Source: Amphiscolops sp. MND2022 (lineage: Eukaryota). Taken from it: a stretch of DNA of 64,000 bases. A program made the translations under genes and the position numbers. Of this stretch, positions 56,645 through 64,000 are shown one piece after another; position 1 is the first letter of the stretch, and each line of letters opens with the position of its first letter. A model generated the notes under the pieces. It was not told where the DNA came from, did not search any database, and saw nothing but the letters and a program-made list of their open reading frames with translations. The DNA lies in NCBI GenBank assembly GCA_964187785.1, contig OZ076412.1, forward strand, positions 14,260,001-14,324,000, given 5' to 3'.

Positions 56645-57951
56645 GTGAGAGATCATGTCAGCGCCAGAACAAAGTTGGCTAGTTTCAATGCAATTGTAGT
56701 GTAGGTACTTCTATTTAGAAACCGTCGACAAAAAAATTGAAAAAAAAAGAAATCTTGAAGTGCAATACTTGATACTTACAGTGTTGCAGAAAATACTTAC
56801 AGTTAATGAAACGAGGTAAGTCAGAAAGTTCATCATTCATTACGTCAAGAAAAATTGAAGTCAAACGAAATGAAACATCCAAAAACGTCGGTCGTTGCGT
56901 TCTTTTAGGTTTTTCAAATTCTTTGTTTGAACTTACTCCGGTCGAGGGAAAGTATTTTCCTTGCAAGATCTGAGAATAAAAATTTCAATGGAAGATCTTT
57001 CAGAGAAACAATTCATTATATGATTCTTGCAAGAATATATTTACCTGCAAAATCTTCCAAAGAATCCATCATTAGCAAGATCATTATTTCAGCGAGAGTA
57101 GCTTTTTCAATTTGAATTCCAGTTATTCCCAGTTTGACTCTCACATCGCTATCACGCCTGTCGTAGCAAGGTCATACCAATCACGGACCTCATACTACAA
57201 ATCGTACATCGAAATTTAAGTCTTCCAAGATTTTTCGTATAGTAAATAATAAACCATGGAAACTTTGTTGCACAATTTTTGAATTTCACTAAAAATAACC
57301 AGGTACGTCCGATTTTGGCAACAGAGTTTGTTGTGGTTTCGGGCACAACAACTATTGACCATATAATACTTTGTTATTTTGGAACTGGAGTTTTGTGAAC
57401 CTTCAATTAAAATTTTGTCCTTAAAAATGGCGAGGCACTGACTGTCGCTTGTCATAAGTTTGCATGCTTGAGAAACAAGTTTCGAATTGTGGAGAACCAA
57501 ATATTTTTATTGATTGTCTAGAAATCACAGTGCTACTACCCTTGTTGAACATGCTTGAACTTTTTACATGTACTATAATGTTGCCAGCAACTTTTATTTT
57601 GATTTTTTAAATATTTCACGGAAACTTTGATGCGTTAATATTTCACTGTTGTCGCCAAATTTTATCAAGCTGCTCTAAAAAATCATCAAAGTAATGGCAG
57701 CAATTTCAAGCAATGAAGTTTTGCAGGTTTCAATATGCATCAGTTCTAATTTTAAATGCAGCTGACACGTCAACAATTTCGCCGCCAGTTTAATGCAAAT
57801 TAACTTCATTCACAATGTAAACAGCAAACTAGCGTCATATTCAGCGTCCTATTTGAGAAGCGGTGATTAAGTGAGATGAGTAATTGAAAAATCAATGTTT
57901 CATACAACGTGATCGTGTCCGTTAAAGAACGGGGAAATTTAATTGCAGTAG

Positions 57952-58500
57952 TGTCAGAACTGGTCACGTTCGTATTAGTAACGGTGTTAAGTCCGCTACA
58001 TTCAGTTGTAGACGATGAAATTTTCTCAGTCAGGGCCAACACAATGCTTGTTAGAACGCTGATTTGCCTGTTCATCTCCATGAAGCGTTGGTCGACTGAA
58101 CTTCAGTTGGAATTGTGTCTACTGTTGATTATATCTCCATTTTCAAATTCATTCATCTGATTCCGTGACAATGTGTTAGGGAAACTATACTCGCTCTCGT
58201 TGTCACTATTCTGTTCCATTCCACTGGAACATGCTGCGTAACTATCTACGTTTTGTGATCTGGTATTAACCATGTTGAAATCTTTGGAAAGAATTCCCGT
58301 CTGAAGGTTTATTGATTTCAGTTGAAATGTGAATATCACATTTTATGTAAGTTGGTGAGGTAAGTAACACTACGTTAGCTGATGATAAATTGTACTGAAC
58401 GTATTTCAACACTTGTCGCAATTTTCACCAATGCTGGTCACGTGACCACGTCACGTGACTGTATTGACCAATGGTATTGCACTATCGATTAGGTGTTAAT
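57952..58500 (-). mobile_element. Probable solo LTR or 5' fragment of an LTR retrotransposon with an internal MVNTRSQN ORF
   Basis: The frame from 58273 to 57952 (one in-frame TGA at 58105-03) begins MVNTRSQ, a start typical of retroelement gag, and similarity stops at ...TTCTGACA. The other end and TSD were not found. Confidence 0.45.
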
Positions 58501-59892
58501 TGGTGCGTCCTGCTGGTAGCAACGTAAATGGCGTTTGGTATAAAAGATAGCGCCGATATGTTACCTTGGTTACATGAATCATATATCACCTTAGTATTGC
58601 GTTGGTTGATACAAATTGAATCTATGATGATGGTGTCATACCATCGTTACATATAACACTTCAGATTTCTGATGAAGTTAAATATGATAGAAGCACTTGC
58701 ACGCAGTGTATGATGAGTAAATGATGCTAACTTTTACAAATCGATTTCATTTTGGAAAATAGTAATGATGATAGGATAGGCCCGTCATTGTTCAGTGGTA
58801 ATTCATGATTATTGAAATATCAAGAGTATTGCATTTAACTGAGTTTTTGATGTTTAAGATGTTTTTTATCAGTTTCATTCATGCTTCGGCATGACACTCC
58901 CCCTCCATAAAAGAAAGAGTGGAGTGCAGGGGTATTTGGAAGGCCGGTAGCGGAGAGGTGTGGTAAATGTAGCAGCATCATGCATGCTGTAAGTGTTAGT
59001 TGTCTAACAGTGCTACGAAAGTTGTTCGGCTGATGTTGTGACCTCAACTGCGTTTGCATTGTTTGTTGCGTTTATTGCTGCAAACGATTGTACTGCGCCT
59101 TTCTGTAGTGGCGAGCGAGAAGAAAAGATAGTGTTCGTGTATTCGAATATCCGCTTCGGTTGAAAGTAAATAGAAGGCTGGTGTGGTGATGATAGCCACG
59201 TCATCCGTTCGTGCGCATTGAGTTGATGGAAGAAGAGTATTCGGAAGTAAAGTAACCGGAAATGAAGGTAACGTGGCAGCGTATCCAATCATTCGGTTGA
59301 TCAGTGTGGTAGTTCGTGAGTGATTGCGGCTTCGTGTACTAAAGAAACTCTTTCTTGTACAAACCTGCCAAATACGAGGTGGAAATTACTGTCAGTTCAG
59401 TTAATTGTTAGCGTTAACGTTGATTGGTAGTAAGTCTGTATATTTCGGTCTACCAGGTGGAAGCATTGGCTTTAATCAAATCAAAAGAAATTCAATTAAA
59501 TGACTAGCATTAGGGTGTTCAGCTCAACTGGGTGATTTGTCATCTGGTCGTAGTTAACCAGGATTTTGATTGAGCACTCATTTAAGCAGCATCTGTTCTT
59601 TTTGCAGGAAAATCAAGACATTGGACGGTAAAAATGCGATCTTTTTTGAATCGAACTGTGTTGTTCTTTGAGAGTGGCGGTGTCGTAAAATGTAACTTCG
59701 GGTCACTCTGTTGGAGTTCTTTTGATGATAATGTTATCTTCGGGATCAAATAACGTGGTTGATCAAGTCACGTCATCTATCGGTGAAGATGTTGAGGCCT
59801 GGTAGATCGCATTTTGTGTTGCCGCAGATTGAAACTCTTGCATTTATTTTATTGTGCTGTTTATTATTGTCGTGGGTGTTGTATTCTTCAAG

Positions 59893-62800
59893 GGGTCGAC
59901 TGAAGAAGATGTATCCACTGCTGTATTGGCTGCTGAGGGCGCGTTAGTCGAGTTCGCAAATTTGAGCCATTCATCTGGAGAGCAGGGTTTACTGGCGGCA
60001 GTTGAGGAGATGTTAGCAGAAGTGTCAGAATCAGTATGTTGTCAGTTCGCGCAACGTTTAAATGCTGCCAACATAGAATCTGCTACATCCCTGTTGGAGA
60101 TCGCGCTGTCTCGCGAATTTCGTAAGTGACTTCACTTTGTAACTTTCTCGTATTGTCTTTAGTAGTGTGTAGGACTCATCAAGGCCATTGAGTGTGACAT
60201 GGTTACTGCCTAATTGGTAGACAGACCGATGTCGTTAGGCTAAGGACTTCCCGGGAACTATTACATTGGGTGGACGGTTTGCCAGTATGCTGACTTCTTT
60301 CATATCGCGATTGAGACTAGTATGCTTTTGTTATAAAAGAGCTGAATTTGGTTGACATTGTTGGCGTGTTGCGTTGTGTGCTACACCCGGAAGAACCGTC
60401 ATCAGTTTCGTCCGCAGCTGGGACATTTGAAGCTGATTTGAGGGCTTATCTCGCATCTCGGAAGGGTAAGTAATCATTTACTACGAATGACCTGCTGGTT
60501 GCGGTAATATTCCGTTGTTACCACATGTGACGTCGTGGGGGGTGCGGCTTTGAGACTCGGTTAGAGCTTGGGAAGACGATTCTATTCTGATATAGTCGCG
60601 TTAGATGGGTTGGCTTGTTTCAAATGTTCCGCGTGGTGTTTCTGTATCCTTGAGTGACCTCACAACAGCGATGGTTCAACTGGAGAAAGAGCTCGGTCAA
60701 GTGGTGAAAGCCACTGTAGAGTCAACGTTGGGTCGTCTTGGTGCTGTCGAAGCAATTGCTAAAGATGATTTTGTTGTGCGGCTCAAGGCAGCAATGTGTG
60801 ATTTGGTCGGTACAGTGCCTCGGCAATCTTCTACTGTTGTGGATAATGTGCCTGTGTTGCCGACATCTGCCGGTCCAACTCCGTCTCTTCCTGGGTCAAG
60901 TCAGCAAGACATATCCGTTTCGATTCGTCAGGGATCCTTGATGCCATACATTTTTGGGGATGACCAGTCTGGTGTTCCTTCCAGTAAACAACCTGCGTGT
61001 GCTGCTAAACCTGGTAAGAACTCGTAAGATCATGTGTGGGGTTTTAGTTTACAGGGTTGCTATGGCTACGCTAGTTTACTAAAAACTCTAAGCCACGACT
61101 GAGAAGAAATTTTTTTTGTTTCTTTCTCTTTTTTTGTTTTCCTCGAGTTTTGTGGTTGTGTTTTAGTTCGTGCACGGAAAATTAAGACACTGAAGCCATC
61201 GTATTTCGTCTCGGGAGTGGTCGGGACGTTTGTGGGATTCCCGCGGCACAAACGTGTTGTGGATGGGTACGCTAGATGCCTCCTGTGCAGGGTAGATCTC
61301 AGCATCGCTGGACGTGGTCTTTCCTCATTGTGGGACCACTGGAAGGGGATCGAACATACGAGGCTTGAACAGAAGTATCGGATAATGACCCACAAACCGT
61401 TGCTGGACAAGTCGTGCCGTGCAGTTAGTGCAGAAGAGGATCGACGTATAAGGCGAGAGCACATGTCCGAACCGCCTGTGTATCTAGAGTCGGAACTAAG
61501 TTTGACCGTGGACGAGAGAATCGCCATAGAAGAAGCCGAGGAAGCGGAGGGACAACGGCCTCAGTTAGCTGCTGGGAGTGTAAACTATCTGTGATTGAGC
61601 AACTTCGTCAATAGCTTTGTGAATGTAGTTCCTTTCGATGCTGTTTTGCGACTAGTGGACTCTTGGCGTAACTTTATGGCTACTGAGTTGCGTTTCGAGT
61701 GTAGGACTCTGACTTACCCACAATGTCAGGTATGTATTCATTTTAGTGCGGTAGTTTCTGACAGTAATTTGTTAGATCTCTGGGTTTTTATTTCGAGATA
61801 CCGTGTATTAGACGCTAATAGGTAGTTCTTCGGTTTTTTGTGTTTCGCTTCTCTTTTTTTTGTTACTGGTTCATGATGTTCACGTGTGGTGCTAATGGGT
61901 ACGTTTTTGTTTTACAGAGTTTGCTGTTGTATGGGCTGTACCTCTACGTAGTGGAACAGTTGGACTCGCTCATGGAAACCAGTTCATGTGTCGGCATCAA
62001 TGTGTATCGCTGTGGGCCTCGGTGGCGTAGTGAGTGCCACATCGTCAGTGAGCATAGCGTGGTATCAGTTGTCGTGGGTTTAGTCGCTGACAGTGCAGGG
62101 TGGGAGGAGCAGTTGCTCAACAATGTCGTCCCGATTCTGGCGTGTTTGAAAGGTAGAGAGCAGTTGTGTACTGTGACTGTGGAGGGAGATACTTTGGTTG
62201 GCAAGGCATTGGCAGCATCAGTTGTTCCCAAGACTCCCTTCGTGACCGGAATAGTAACGCAGAACACTATGTTTGAAGAGATTCGCAAGCAGTTTCTAAA
62301 CGAATTTGCTGGTCTGGATCCGCTGAGTGTGCTGCAATACTTCCGCATTCGCCTGATGCCTGTTGTTCAAGAACGTTTCCTAGACCGATTGCCGCATTTA
62401 CGAGAGGTACGTGTTCGCTGTGTGGAAAACAAAAAATTTGTTTGTGTCTCACTCCCTCTTTTTTGTGTTTTTCTTTGAGATTACATTCTATAGTCTCGTT
62501 AAATGTATCTTTCGGGGATGGAGGTTGTTCATTGAAAGGTGTTCTAGTTCTATAGTTTGTTTTGTAGTATGTACGCTGTGGAGGAAGTGACGTCGTTCAG
62601 TTGGCCAAGGTGTGCACTGAAGTAGTTGAGTACTGAAGCGACCTGGCTTTGTATTTCGGGACGCACCGACCGAATTGCTGGTCATTACTCCTTTGGAGAA
62701 GCAGGTCTTTGATGATGCCATGGTTCGACCACGGTTTGCTGTACTCGGCGTGGTGTTGGACTTCAGTTAGTATAGGGTCTACTTATTGCACTAAGTCGTA

Positions 62801-63520
62801 TTCTGTTTTCTCCCGAGTTTGCAGTCCTCCTCTTTTTTTGAAGTTAGAGCGTGTTGTTTCGTAACCGGTGTTTGACCTCCTTTTGGCTGGTTGGATTGTT
62901 TTTTTGTAATGATGATTCATGCCATTTTGTTTCAGTGGTGAAGTGCTGTACCCGGACTTGTGGGCGTGGACGTGACCGTCGCTTAGTCGTAGAACGAGAA
63001 CTTGCACAATTTATTCGCGAATTGATGCAGTTTGTGTACCCATCTTCTGTTATTCCGGCTGCTTACGACGTGACTGCTTTGTTGAAACCCGTGGATCTTG
63101 AGTGTGCTTAGGTGGACACGAACCTTTACCGTTTACAATTCGGACAATATTTTCGCTTCGATATTAGTATCCAACTCCCTTATTTCTACAAGTCTGTGCA
63201 AAAGTTGTTATTTGGGTTGTGTAACGGATTGGCTAGTATGTGGCAACGTGTGTGGGCAATGTGCTTCACTCTCACTTCTTTTGACCCTGATCTTATTCAC
63301 AGTGGATCCGATGACCGACGTACCGACGCGCTTGTGGAAACCTGTGCCCTGTTGACCAGGCGTGGCTTGCTCGACATGGACCACGGAGGGGCGGTGCAGC
63401 AGGAGTATTTAGAAGTAACACAGTACTTCAAGAGGCGTTGGTCAGCTTTGCAGGAAGGAGTGCCCGTTGTCGAAGATGTGATATCTATGTGGATGTCATA
63501 CCCACATTACGATACACGTA
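59893..63520 (+). pseudogene. Decayed multi-exon transposase-like gene (hAT-like, tentative) inside SLC6 intron 3
   Basis: GT-AG bounded blocks at 59893-60121, about 60360-60465, 60596-61013, 61167-61729, 61918-62406, 62568 onward and 62936 onward. C-x2-C-x16-H-x5-H zinc finger at 61277-61357. In-frame stops at 61592, 62634 and 63109, plus frameshifts. Confidence 0.5.
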
Positions 63521-63815
63521 CCGGTAAGCTGCCTTTAGTCAAGCAGCGTAATCTGAGTAAAATGGTAAAATGGTCATTCAGCGTAAGTTAGTCAAGACGG
63601 TCTATGCTTCAACGGTGTAGCAAAATCAACGCGCGTAATGAAAAATTGTGTAAGTTAGTCAAAACACGTAATTAGAAAAAAGCGGAAGTTAGTCCAAAAA
63701 TACTCTTTTTCGTAAGTCAGTCAAAACGTTGACTAACTTCCACTTTTTGCAAATTGAGGGACTCCTATACTTCCGAAAAGTGGAATGTGGTCAAAGTTTT
63801 GACTAACTTACACCA
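63520..63815. repeat. Small repeat element with AAGTTAGTCAAAA direct and inverted units
   Basis: Several GTAAGTTAGTCAA copies followed by inverted TTGACTAACTT copies. It truncates the transposase-like gene. Confidence 0.6.
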
Positions 63816-64000
63816 TGTTTATATGCATTCAAAACTCAGTGTTCATTTTAATTCTAATTCATACCACAGCATCATAAACCAGTCAAAGTAAACAATGATT
63901 CAATAAATAATTAGTTATCATTACTGAGCTCTACCGTGCATAGTACGTATAAACTGCATTCAATGCAAGTTGCACACGTGAACACGTGTGTTTCATCCAC

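Noticed and set aside
56645-64000. Next SLC6 exon (expected to start IFFS-like)
   Set aside because: No acceptor followed by such a sequence was found, so the exon is presumed to lie beyond the window.

Overview
AT-rich, transposon-dense animal genomic DNA with GT-AG introns; I found no prokaryotic features. Two host genes lie on the + strand, and most of the six-frame ORF track is noise or antisense shadow. (1) The 3' nine coding exons of a choline O-acetyltransferase (ChAT)-type gene span 3007-37292. All splice phases are compatible and give about 509 aa plus stop, including the catalytic EHS His and the ChAT-type VDN and STSQ motifs; the 5' exons lie before the window. (2) About 3.2 kb downstream are the first three coding exons of an SLC6 (GABA/taurine-type) Na+/Cl- transporter (40462-56644), which continues past the window. 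The introns hold four LTR retroelements. A is a young, internally deleted Gypsy (8876-12219). B is a young, full-length BEL/Pao (19059-28046). C is an old, decayed Gypsy running into an assembly gap (44321-49475). D is a non-autonomous BEL derivative with 894-bp LTRs (49916-56095). There are also MITEs, Helentron/DINE-like repeats, tRNA-SINEs and a decayed multi-exon transposase-like gene (about 59.9-63.5 kb). The most unusual element is B: its LTRs carry a 73-nt tRNA-shaped Pol III A/B-box cassette and end TG..TA, and it has an SGNH-esterase-like accessory ORF upstream of gag. Element D keeps a 1178-codon open frame that looks like an eroded Pol with no catalytic motifs left.
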